Assembly (NCBI GenBank): GCA_963806535.1
Contig: CAWDYC010000003.1
Span: forward strand, 320,001 to 384,000
DNA length: 64,000 nt
DNA from: Candidatus Bathyarchaeota archaeon
GTDB lineage: Archaea; Thermoproteota; Bathyarchaeia; Bathyarchaeales; Bathycorpusculaceae
Direction of reading: 5' to 3'
Every line of letters starts with the position of its first letter. The stretch's first letter is position 1. The notes beneath the pieces are model-generated. The model did not search any database. It was not told where the DNA came from and worked only from the letters and a program-made list of their open reading frames with translations. Positions 22,003 through 31,628 of this stretch are shown here, in pieces. Both the position numbers and the translations under genes were made by a program.

Positions 22003-22199
22003 ATTTTGTGTTTCTGTTATTTCCAATATCTGTGTTTGATTTAAGGTTTATTGCATTTGTTCACTTTGGTTAAGACGGCAAAAAGATGTTTTTGAATTTT
22101 GAGCTTACTATGAAGCTATTTGTGAAACAAACTGTCTGCATGCGCAACTTCATAGAGAACCTGAGATTTCACAAGATCAGTTTGGAAAAAACTTCCGCC

Positions 22200-22394
22200 C
22201 AAAACACGCAAATACACGTCAAATATGCGCAAAACCACGTCAAAACAAAGCAGAACCACGTCAAATTCCTTCACAACTTCAAAAGCAAAACGCCGCAAAA
22301 TCCAAGCCCTTACCAATCCAAGCCTATCCCAAGCTCCATCCAAAAAAACACAGCGCAAAATTGAAGAAAAAACTTCAAATCAAAATTCTAATTT
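22200..22394 (+). repeat. Dispersed ~195-bp repeat, copy 1, with three CACGTCAA boxes at 21-bp period
   Basis: Aligns to the reverse complement of ~50465-50660; 72 of the first 80 nt identical; boxes start at 22215, 22236, 22257. Confidence 0.9.
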
Positions 22395-22582
22395 CGAAAA
22401 GAGCTCCATAACAGGCCTACTAAATTTTTAAGTTTTTTAAAAACAAAAAACCCGAAACCGTTTCAGCGTCATATTTTCAAGACAAAATCGAATTTCTCAT
22501 GTGAAAAATCCTATTCTATAATGGAATGGTATATCTTGAGCGAAGCACCGAATAAAGATATAGAATAAGTAAGTGTCAGAAA

Positions 22583-22864
22583 ATGGGTTTGGATAAAGAC
22601 GCGCATAAAGTTCCTGGCAGTAGAATTAAAATCTTAACAAAAGATGCAAAACAAATGGTTAATGGACCATATTACTGTCCAAAATGCAGGAAAGAACTGT
22701 TGCAGATTTTGGCGAATGTATACAAAAAAGAAGTTTATGCCGCCTGCAAGTGTGGTCTTGAGTGGCAGTTAACGTATGCACCTGTTTTCCAGCCGATAGA
22801 TTACTACAATAAATTTAGGGACGCTTGGAAAAAACAGAGTTACGGCATAATCAAGCAAAAATAA
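22583..22864 (+). CDS. Elf1-like zinc-ribbon protein
   Basis: YCPKC...ACKCG...PIDYYNKF.D resembles archaeal Elf1. Confidence 0.65.
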   Translation: MGLDKDAHKVPGSRIKILTKDAKQMVNGPYYCPKCRKELLQILANVYKKEVYAACKCGLEWQLTYAPVFQPIDYYNKFRDAWKKQSYGIIKQK

Positions 22865-23042
22865 CCTTTAATCGGGCGTCCACTTCGGAAATCCTTATTT
22901 TTTCTCCAATGTAAATGCCAGTTTTCGCATCAACTCTGAATTTTGCAACTTGCATTTGTTCAACAGGTTATTGGTGATTGATGATTTGGGACAAGTTTTA
23001 AACGAATGGACGTTAAATGGTATCGCTATTGAAGATGCCTAA

Positions 23043-24239
23043 ATGAGCAAATTACCGTTGGGTAGTAAACCAGCCAAATTTATTATTATCTTAGCACTGG
23101 TTCTTTTTGTTTCTCTACCAATTATTCGTCCTTTTGAAGCAGTCAAGGCTCAAAGTCCCGATCAAAGTCAGAACTACACAAGAGAGTTCTCCTGGGATTA
23201 TGGAGGAAACCACTGGATTTGGAACCTCAGCATTCCAGTAGCTCTTTATGATGCTTACAAAGCTGTGCCTGACTCCGAAAGAACAAAAAATGGACCCGCC
23301 GGCTATGACATGATGGTAACAACTAAAGATAGTTATATGCAAACGCTAACTGAAAAACTCAATGAAACCGCAAACCAGCTTGGATATGGACCGGTTGATA
23401 AGGTAAATTTTGCTTTAGCGTTCGTTCAAAGCATTGCGTATTCTTCTGATTTGAATAGTACAGGCTACGAAGAATATCCTAGATTTCCCATTGAAGTATT
23501 AGTTGACCAGACTGGAGACTGTGATTGCAAAGCCGACCTTTTCGCAACCTTAACTCTTGGACTGGGTTACGGTGCAGTTTTCATTAACCCACCTGACCAC
23601 TTGGCGGTAGGCGTATTAGGAAATAATCTTCAAGGAACTTATTGGACTTATCAAAATCAATCATACTATTACGCAGAAACTACTGGAGTAGGCTTCAAAG
23701 TGGGTGATTTACCAGATGAGTTCAAAGGAAAAAGCGCTTACGTTTATCCAATAGATGAGAACAACCAATTTGTTGTTAATTCACAATCGGCTTATATGAT
23801 CGCGCCCAATCCAAGCATTTCACCCTACAGTCCTACTCCCACGTCACACTTCTCTTACATCACGCCCCCACCGACACAGAATGATGGAGCAGCCCCCACA
23901 ACTTCGCCTGACATTACGCAACCAACTATTCAACCTGTCCAACCAATATCTCTTAACTTAATTTCAGATTATCCGATATTGTTCATCGTTATCGTTTCAG
24001 CCATAGTTTTTTCAATCATCATAACAGTTAAAACCGCAACAAACAAGCAACCAAAATCCAAAAAAATGGTTTCTTCTGAACCAAGTGTCGCCCCGGTTGA
24101 AAACCAAAATATTTCAGAAGATAAGCCGCTTGTCAACAACGATACCATTGAAGAAACAACAAAGTTCTGCATTTATTGCGGCGAAACCAACAAATCGTTT
24201 GCGTTATACTGCGAGAAATGCGGCAAAAAAATTGCTTAA
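23043..24239 (+). CDS. Secreted/membrane transglutaminase-like protein with C-terminal zinc ribbon
   Basis: Signal peptide; FVQSI.Y, GDCDCK, HLAVG, YAETT; TM; CIYCG...CEKCG. Confidence 0.85.
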   Translation: MSKLPLGSKPAKFIIILALVLFVSLPIIRPFEAVKAQSPDQSQNYTREFSWDYGGNHWIWNLSIPVALYDAYKAVPDSERTKNGPAGYDMMVTTKDSYMQTLTEKLNETANQLGYGPVDKVNFALAFVQSIAYSSDLNSTGYEEYPRFPIEVLVDQTGDCDCKADLFATLTLGLGYGAVFINPPDHLAVGVLGNNLQGTYWTYQNQSYYYAETTGVGFKVGDLPDEFKGKSAYVYPIDENNQFVVNSQSAYMIAPNPSISPYSPTPTSHFSYITPPPTQNDGAAPTTSPDITQPTIQPVQPISLNLISDYPILFIVIVSAIVFSIIITVKTATNKQPKSKKMVSSEPSVAPVENQNISEDKPLVNNDTIEETTKFCIYCGETNKSFALYCEKCGKKIA

Positions 24240-24334
24240 CAGACAAGCTCCATCTTGAAATTGATTAAGATTCTCAATTGTAAATCTATCTCTTCGAAAT
24301 TAACTTAATAGTAATTGTGATCGCAAGAAACTTT

Positions 24335-24952
24335 CTAATGACGTCTGGCCTTAAATCCTTTAATCTGCCGTCGCTCCGCTGCACGGTTTCGTTCCATATT
24401 CTTAATCCTAGCATATAATTTTGATACTTTGGTATTTGACGGCACCTTTGACCTTGGCCGATGAACTGGCACAGGCGTGAATGGCTTGTTGATTTCAAGT
24501 TTCCGCCGCCCACTTTTTTTAAGGGGAACGTTACGAACTTTTTTAAAAATAGCATAGCCTTCTTTGAGGTTAACTTCATGCACTTCCCAACCAGCATTCA
24601 ACCAAGCCTTTGTATGAGCGCTAGATGGCAAATTGCTCCACCAAGCTTCGTCTCTGAAAGCAGGTGTTGGAAGACTACTGCCGATTAAACCATCCATTCT
24701 TGCAAAAGAAAGCTTCACCATGTTTGTGAAGGCAGCTCTAAACTTTAAGTGACTCTCAAGCCCATCATACTTGCCCTTTGTTAAGGGCGAAACCACCCGT
24801 CTGGCACAATGCAAACAAAGCATCGCATTGGGATCTCCAGTCGCAACATCGGGTACCATGCAATCACGGCAGAACAGTTTCCTGCAGCGTTCGCACTTAC
24901 GCATGTAAGCTACCCTTAGAACTCTACCGCAGATGCCGCATTCATCCTTCAA
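24335..24952 (-). CDS. Hypothetical protein with Cys-rich Zn finger and C-terminal basic domain
   Basis: Four CxxC pairs; KY..L..L...LSF..DGLIG..LP..A...AWWSN domain. Confidence 0.7.
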   Translation of the reverse strand: MKDECGICGRVLRVAYMRKCERCRKLFCRDCMVPDVATGDPNAMLCLHCARRVVSPLTKGKYDGLESHLKFRAAFTNMVKLSFARMDGLIGSSLPTPAFRDEAWWSNLPSSAHTKAWLNAGWEVHEVNLKEGYAIFKKVRNVPLKKSGRRKLEINKPFTPVPVHRPRSKVPSNTKVSKLYARIKNMERNRAAERRQIKGFKARRH

Positions 24953-25028
24953 TATAATTCAACCTTTTGACGGGCTGGAAAATCTTCTTAATAACAACTG
25001 TTCAATTTAAGATATTAATTTTCACTTG

Positions 25029-26555
25029 TTACTGACCCGTTTTTTCTGAAAGTTCCACATTTTTAGAAGTTAGAATTTGCAAGCTGCCCTTAATTTCATC
25101 CCATATCAACCTGATTAGTTGCCTTGCCTGTGCATCAACTGCTAGCAATAATCCAACGTAAATTAAGAATCCTAAAAGAGCCTTCGCTATAGTAGAAAGC
25201 AAGGTTGTAGTTGTTGGTAGTATAAACAATATTGCTCCCATTATGACTGAGACCAGAATATATTTGCCGATGCTTCTCCAAGCTACAGGTATCCTGATTG
25301 ATCGGTGCATAAACGCGTATAACCCTAAAAAGGTTGATAGATGAACACTAATCAGTATGGTTATAACGTAAAGCGCCGCTTCGACCGACCCTGCCACTGG
25401 TAGCCTTGTCAAAACAAAATATACAGTCGGTAAAGCGATAGCGGCTTGGATATAAGATAAAGAGAATACCTTGAAAATCTTGCTTTTTACGAGTTCCCGC
25501 ATTGAAATTTTGCCTTCTGCGTCAAAATGTTCGGCGCCCAAAAGGCAATAATTGTAGAAGGATGAAAGGAGTGTAATCATTGTATCAATTGTTAAGGCTA
25601 TGAGAACAGGCCATGCTATGCTGTAAGAAACGTTTAATACAGTTAGAAAAGACACAGCCATAGCCATCACAATAGTGGAGAATGGAATCGCCAACATCAT
25701 TACTGTTTTAAACGATATTCCGACTTCTTCGCTCGAACATGTTTTAGCCAAAAGTTTAGGGTAAAGAGTGAACGCTAATGAGGCAGAATACCCAATAATT
25801 GTTGTGAAGCTTAAGGCTGCTTGATAAAACGCTCTGGTTTCTGAGCCGCCATAATAAAAGAGCAGAATAAGGGCAAAAGTCATCAGTTGCTGCCCAACAA
25901 GATTGTAAATTAGGACTGTTGAACCTTTGCGCCACTCTCTAAGGTAACCCCAGTTTATTTTATGTCTTAACTCTGCCCCGAAAAGATAAACATAATAAAA
26001 GACTTGGACGAAACAGGAGAGCACTAAGCCCAAAACGGCACCTAAGAACAGTTGATGAAAACCCATAATCAGAACTAAAGCGACAGATACTTTCACTATT
26101 TCTTCAATCAGCAAACCGTACCCTACTGCTTCTGGCTTAGTAGATTGCAGGGCATTTTCAAAAAGAACAATCATGAAAGAAGTTAAAATGTAGAGACCGG
26201 CAATCAAATAAATCGTCAAATAGCTTGTTGTCCCAATTGCCCGAGAAATCAGTATTATCGCGGGAAAATAAACAATCATTGAGGCTATTGCAATGGTTAA
26301 CTGTGCTGTCGCACTTGTTTTAACGGTTCCTTCTTTGTCTCTTGCGACAAATCGGAGTGTCCAAAAAGGAAGTATACCGCTGAAAAGTGTGAAATATGCC
26401 ACGTAGTCAAAAATGTTTGTCCAGATGCCGTATTGATCTTGGCTCATGTTTCGGGTAAGCAGTAGAGTGAAGATAAGACCAGTGATCACACTGAAAATTT
26501 GAACAGTAAATACGATGAATCCGCTATATCGAAGCCTGAGCTGGTTTTTACCCAA
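25029..26555 (-). CDS. MOP-superfamily flippase-like membrane protein
   Basis: Many TM helices; LLTR.MS..QYGIW N-terminal pattern. Confidence 0.75.
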   Translation of the reverse strand: MGKNQLRLRYSGFIVFTVQIFSVITGLIFTLLLTRNMSQDQYGIWTNIFDYVAYFTLFSGILPFWTLRFVARDKEGTVKTSATAQLTIAIASMIVYFPAIILISRAIGTTSYLTIYLIAGLYILTSFMIVLFENALQSTKPEAVGYGLLIEEIVKVSVALVLIMGFHQLFLGAVLGLVLSCFVQVFYYVYLFGAELRHKINWGYLREWRKGSTVLIYNLVGQQLMTFALILLFYYGGSETRAFYQAALSFTTIIGYSASLAFTLYPKLLAKTCSSEEVGISFKTVMMLAIPFSTIVMAMAVSFLTVLNVSYSIAWPVLIALTIDTMITLLSSFYNYCLLGAEHFDAEGKISMRELVKSKIFKVFSLSYIQAAIALPTVYFVLTRLPVAGSVEAALYVITILISVHLSTFLGLYAFMHRSIRIPVAWRSIGKYILVSVIMGAILFILPTTTTLLSTIAKALLGFLIYVGLLLAVDAQARQLIRLIWDEIKGSLQILTSKNVELSEKTGQ

Positions 26556-26681
26556 ATACGATTTCCCACTTTTCGAAGCGTTTAATGAGTCATTGCTTAA
26601 CTTTTAGATATACAATTTCCCAAATCAAACCAAAAACCTGAACTTACCAAAAGAATGAGAGAAGAAGGCGCAGAGTCCAAT

Positions 26682-28161
26682 TTAGCCTTTCACAACCGCT
26701 AGCGGGACAAGCCGTGCGACTTTGGTGGCGATTCCCACTTTGTCGCTAACATCTGCTACTACATCGACGTTCTTGTAAGCGGGGTCAGCTTCTTCAGCCA
26801 AAACCGAAGTACTGGCAGCACGAACCACAATGCCCCTCTTCTCCAAAGACTGCTTTATTTCTCCACCCCAATATTGCCGTTTAGCAGCTGAACGACTCAT
26901 CATTCTGCCTGCTCCATGCGCAGTTGAACCAAAAGTCAAATCCATAGCTTTCTCAGTTCCTGCCTAGAACCCATGAGCTCGTACCCATACTGCCGGGAAT
27001 AAGCACAGGTTGCCCTTCACTCCGGTAATCATCAGGGATGTCTCGGTGACCAGGTGGAAAAGCGCGTGTTGCTCCTTTACGATGAACCCAAACCTTCTTT
27101 TCTCCTCCATCTATCCTGTGATTTTCCACTTTGGCAATGTTATGGGTTACATCATAAACGAGTTTTAGACCGAAGTTTTCGGGTGGCTGCTGGAAAACTT
27201 GTTGGAAACTTTGTCTAACCCAATGCATAATAGCATGCCTATTACAAAATGCATAGTTAACTGCGCAGGCCATTGCCTGGAAATAATCACGGGCTTCATT
27301 ACTGTTTCCAGGGGCACATGCTAGTTCACGGTCAGGAAGAGCTATTTTGTATTTCACAACAGCATGCTCCATTACTCGTAAGTAGTCGGAGCAAACTTGA
27401 TGTCCATAGCCTCGTGAGCCACAGTGGATCATAACCGTAACTTGACCTTCCTGCGTGATTCCAAAAGCCTTAGCTGTTTTAGGATTATAGATTTTGTCCA
27501 CTTTCTGTATTTCTAAGAAATGGTTTCCCGAACCCAATGTGCCAATCTGAGTTATTCCCCTGCTTTTTGCAGTTGATGAAACTTTGTCTGGGTCTGCATT
27601 GGGCATAGCACCTCGTTCTTCACAGTGTTCTGCGTCCTCTGGCCATCCGAATCCTCGTTTAATTAGCCAAGGAACTCCCTCAACTGCTATATGGTCTAAG
27701 TCAGAAGAGGATATTGAAAGGTCTTTTCGACGGCTTCCAAGCCCGGAAGGAACGTTACGAAAAATGGTGTCAGCTAAAGGTGCAAGTTTAGGTCTGATCT
27801 CTTGTTCGGTAAGTGTTGTTGCAAGCAGGCGAACACCACAATTAATGTCATATCCCACGCCGCCCGGGCTGATCACGCCGTTTTCATAGTCGGTTGCCGC
27901 TACTCCGCCAATTGGAAAGCCATACCCTTCATGTCCATCTGGCAATGTTACGGCATACTTGTAAATTCCAGGCAATTGCGCCACATTTGAGCATTGCCAA
28001 AGAGTACGATCAGTTTTCATTTTATCAAGAAGCGTTTCATTGGCAAAGACCATGCCTGGAACCCTCATAGCGGATTTGTAGTTGGGAATGCGCCACATGT
28101 AATCATTGACTTTTTCTAAGGGAACTCTCTCAGGAGTGGCTCTGCTTTCACTTTCGCCCAA
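26682..28161 (-). CDS. rtcB: tRNA-splicing ligase RtcB, split by a +1 frameshift near 26963
   Basis: PDGHEGYGFPIGG, GYDINCG, GSGNHF, HRKGAT, PGSMG, then STAHGAGR and EEA..AYK in a second frame. Confidence 0.93.
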
Positions 28162-28206
28162 AAATCTTCACCTTTCCAAACAAAAGATTACTTAGATTAT
28201 AAACGT

Positions 28207-29124
28207 TTATGGTACCTGTTTCTGGTTTGCGTACTCAATAAAACCTTTGACGCAGTTTTCCAAAACCGTTTTTGAGTAAATTCGATGAGACTTAATAAAA
28301 TCTGCAATTTCAACCTGACTCATAACTTTGTCTTCAGCAATAATTCTATCACGAATTTGTTCAAGGGTCCAGTTTTGTTTTACACCTTCCTCTGCAATTT
28401 TTGCCCATAATTTGAGTTGAAATTTGTAGTCTGTTAAGCGTTGCTTGGCAGTGGAGGCTTTTCCAAAATGGCTGTAATATAGAGCAGTCGGTTTTAGACC
28501 AATCAGGTTGTCCAAAGAAGCCAATGCTGCATCTAAACGGAACGGTGGAGGTGTGGTTGGAACTACATCATCAAACTCTGGAAAATAGGTGCCTGCAGCA
28601 TCGCCTGGGAAAACGCCATCGTTAAATGACTCTTGATAACTAAGGTTGTGTGAAGCATGACCGAGCGTTTCGATCACTTTCAAGTTGGCGCCATCACCTA
28701 AATCAAAGGTGCCCTCTGTTACAGGAATTATACGTTCTTTTGGTACGGGTTCAGGCTTGCCGAAAATTTCGCTGACGAACCCGAGTACTATTTGAGCTGA
28801 CTGCCAAAGACGTTCAGGATTTATGAGGTGAGGCATTCCTCTTGGATGGACAAGGACTTTTGCGTTTGGCAGAAGCTTTAACAAGGTGCCTGCGCCGCCG
28901 CCGTGGTCTAAGTGAACATGAGTAATGGCAAGATATTGGACACTCTCTAAAGGTATTCCAAGTTCAGCTATTCCAGAAACAAGATTAAGAACGGAAGATG
29001 TTGGACCCGACTCCACGAGAGTAATTTTAGAGGCAGTTATTATGTAGCTGCAAATGAGATTTTTGTATCCACCTGTTTCCAGCTCGATTTGAAAGAGGTT
29101 TTTTCCAATCTCTTTTGTACGCAA
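28207..29124 (-). CDS. MBL-fold metallo-hydrolase
   Basis: THVHLDHGGG, GHASH, GDAAG, SHFG. Confidence 0.92.
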   Translation of the reverse strand: MRTKEIGKNLFQIELETGGYKNLICSYIITASKITLVESGPTSSVLNLVSGIAELGIPLESVQYLAITHVHLDHGGGAGTLLKLLPNAKVLVHPRGMPHLINPERLWQSAQIVLGFVSEIFGKPEPVPKERIIPVTEGTFDLGDGANLKVIETLGHASHNLSYQESFNDGVFPGDAAGTYFPEFDDVVPTTPPPFRLDAALASLDNLIGLKPTALYYSHFGKASTAKQRLTDYKFQLKLWAKIAEEGVKQNWTLEQIRDRIIAEDKVMSQVEIADFIKSHRIYSKTVLENCVKGFIEYANQKQVP

Positions 29125-29282
29125 AGGTTCACCTTAGTTAGGCTTGAGGACTGTTATGCCATAAACTTTTCTGTAAACAACTTTCAGTTAGCCTTCCCGC
29201 ACCAACGCTTGAAAAAAACGGACGCGCAAAATTTAATTATTGATATCGCGTCTATGTTGAAACTAAAGGTAGGCAAATTGAA

Positions 29283-29936
29283 TTGAAAGCAATTATGTTG
29301 GGAGCGCCAGGCGCTGGAAAAGGCACTTACTCTTCGAGGCTTCAACAAAAACTTGATGTGGAAGTCATAGCTACAGGAGACATTTTCCGTGAATTAGCAA
29401 AGGAAGATTCGGACCTAGCTAAGAAAGTTAAAAGTTTCATGGAAAAGGGGCTTCTTGTTCCAGATGAAGTTGTTTTAGAAGTGCTAAAACAACGCTTAAG
29501 CAAAATTCCGAAAGGAAAAGGCTTCATTCTTGATGGGTATCCTCGAACGCTTGCACAGGCCAAATCCCTTAACACTATAACCAAAATTGATGCAATACTC
29601 TTGCTGGATGTCCCAGACTGGATTATCATTGAACGTTTATCAACACGTAGAATATGTCGCAACTGTGGAACGGTGTACAATATTCTCTATCTGAAACCAA
29701 AAGTTGAAGGAGTTTGCGACAAATGCGGAGGGCCGCTGTACCAGCGATCTGACGACAACCCTGAAGTCATAAAGAAAAGGCTTCAAGTGTACCAAGAACA
29801 AACAAAGCCTTTATTAGAATACTTTAAGGAGAAAAAAATTCCATTCGTTACTTCAACTACCACAACCCTTGACCAGCCGCCGGAACCGATCGTTGAAAAA
29901 ATAATAGCAGAATTAAAAAAACTCAAGATAGCCTAA
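29283..29936 (+). CDS. adk: Adenylate kinase (Adk family with Zn-LID)
   Basis: GAPGAGKGT, FILDGYPRT, CRNC/CDKC LID, RSDD. Confidence 0.96.
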   Translation: MKAIMLGAPGAGKGTYSSRLQQKLDVEVIATGDIFRELAKEDSDLAKKVKSFMEKGLLVPDEVVLEVLKQRLSKIPKGKGFILDGYPRTLAQAKSLNTITKIDAILLLDVPDWIIIERLSTRRICRNCGTVYNILYLKPKVEGVCDKCGGPLYQRSDDNPEVIKKRLQVYQEQTKPLLEYFKEKKIPFVTSTTTTLDQPPEPIVEKIIAELKKLKIA

Positions 29937-30400
29937 ATATCTAAAATAAATTCTAAGACCACTCTGTCTTTTTCTTTTATTATAACCATTCTATGATAAG
30001 TTACTGCCTTAACTGCAACTTTTTGCGGATGCTTTTGGGATTCAAATTTTTCGCCCCAAACTTTTGCTTTGAATTTGAAGATTTCAGCCGTTTCTTGCCA
30101 ATTTACAATTTGAAATTTTGAATACATCATGTTTTCTGTTTCAAACTTTACAAGCAAAGCTTCAAGCCAGTTATAGAGCAATGCGTATTGGTCCTCAGCT
30201 TCGACCTCCAAGGTTTGTTCATTCGTTTGAGCGATTTTCTCAGAATCGGTCATGGTTTCGAACATTGCAAGCGCAGCATTTTCGTAGGCTTCTTCCATTG
30301 TTCTTCCATGAGCTCGAATGAAAACGTCTGCAGTATGTTCTAGAAACTCGAATTTTCCAGCAAATTTCTCGTCCGTGTCCTTATCCATTTTAAGCCACAT
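29933..30400 (-). CDS. Archease
   Basis: FLEHTAD, VKAVTYH, terminal LDI. Confidence 0.95.
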   Translation of the reverse strand: MWLKMDKDTDEKFAGKFEFLEHTADVFIRAHGRTMEEAYENAALAMFETMTDSEKIAQTNEQTLEVEAEDQYALLYNWLEALLVKFETENMMYSKFQIVNWQETAEIFKFKAKVWGEKFESQKHPQKVAVKAVTYHRMVIIKEKDRVVLEFILDI

Positions 30401-30472
30401 TAAGTATTGATGGTGATTGTCTAAAATGCTTTTGCTGAGATATTATTTGCCGTTCTGTTGTTCTTCGCCTGC

Positions 30473-31513
30473 TTAGAAGTACTTTTTAATTCTTTGTATA
30501 GCTGCAACTGTAAGTTTAACAGAGTTTTCTATATCTTTTAGGGAAAGCATGCCCACGGGACTGTGAATGTAACGTACAGGTATAGATATGTTACCGCATG
30601 GTATGCCTTGTCGTGTAAGAGAAATTCTTGCTGCATCAGTTGAGCCCATTAAACCCGTTTCAATTTGGAAAGATATTTTTTCTTCTTCCGCCGAATCCAA
30701 AAGCCAGCGCAAAATCTTTCCTGATGTGATTAAACCTGAATCTGTGATTGTAAGAGCAGGACCTTTCCCCATCTTTACAGTAGTATCAAACTCTCTTACT
30801 CCTGGAGTGTCACCTGCAATAGTAACATCAAGGGCTATTGCCAAATCAGGGTCGATGCTGAAAGCTGCAGCACCCGCCCCACGCAATCCTACCTCTTCCT
30901 GAACGGTGCCAACGGCATAGATTGTGAAGTCAGTTTTTTCCATTAGCTTAAGGGCTTCAATCATTGTAACGCAGCCCGCTCGATTATCAAAAGCTTTACC
31001 CATAACAACGTCTTTGCCCAAATTAATGTATTGAATATCAAAACCTACTGGGTCGCCAACTGAGACCATTGCTAACGCGTCGTCTTTGCTTTCAGCACCG
31101 ATGTCAATGAAGAGTTCATCGGATGCAATAATTTTTTTTCTCTCCTCTTCTTTTTGAATATGTGGAGGTTTAGACCCGATTATACCTGGAAACGTTCCTT
31201 TTCTTGAGAAAACTGTAACTTTTTGAGCGGGTAAGATACGGTCATCTATTCCACCCATTTTAGCGAATTGCAAAAACCCTTCTTTCGTGACAGTCTTAAC
31301 CATTAAACCGACTTCATCTATGTGAGCAGCCAGCATAATTTTTGGCGATTTTTCTGTTCCTTTTTTTATTGCAATAACATTTTCAAGCCTGTCTACAACT
31401 ATTTCGTCTGCATATGGCGTCATAAGTCGAATCATTAATTCTTTAACTTCATTTTCCCTGCCAGTTACTCCGCAGGCGTTTGAAAGTTTAGCTAAATTCT
31501 CATTTATAGACAA
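30473..31513 (-). CDS. M42 (TET) aminopeptidase
   Basis: AAHIDEVG, KAFDNR, VQEEVGLRGA, ALDV, RYIHSP. Confidence 0.95.
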   Translation of the reverse strand: MSINENLAKLSNACGVTGRENEVKELMIRLMTPYADEIVVDRLENVIAIKKGTEKSPKIMLAAHIDEVGLMVKTVTKEGFLQFAKMGGIDDRILPAQKVTVFSRKGTFPGIIGSKPPHIQKEEERKKIIASDELFIDIGAESKDDALAMVSVGDPVGFDIQYINLGKDVVMGKAFDNRAGCVTMIEALKLMEKTDFTIYAVGTVQEEVGLRGAGAAAFSIDPDLAIALDVTIAGDTPGVREFDTTVKMGKGPALTITDSGLITSGKILRWLLDSAEEEKISFQIETGLMGSTDAARISLTRQGIPCGNISIPVRYIHSPVGMLSLKDIENSVKLTVAAIQRIKKYF

Positions 31514-31628
31514 GTGGAGCTACCTTCCAAGTTATTATGGATAGAATTCTGAGGATTAACTTATAAAACAATTGCGGTACACAAAAAACTCACAAAAGCT
31601 TTGTTAGAATCCGACAGGGCAATTGCAA

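Noticed and set aside
22200-22280. CACGTCAA repeats as a CRISPR array
   Set aside because: 21-bp period with no unique spacers, only three units, no cas genes.
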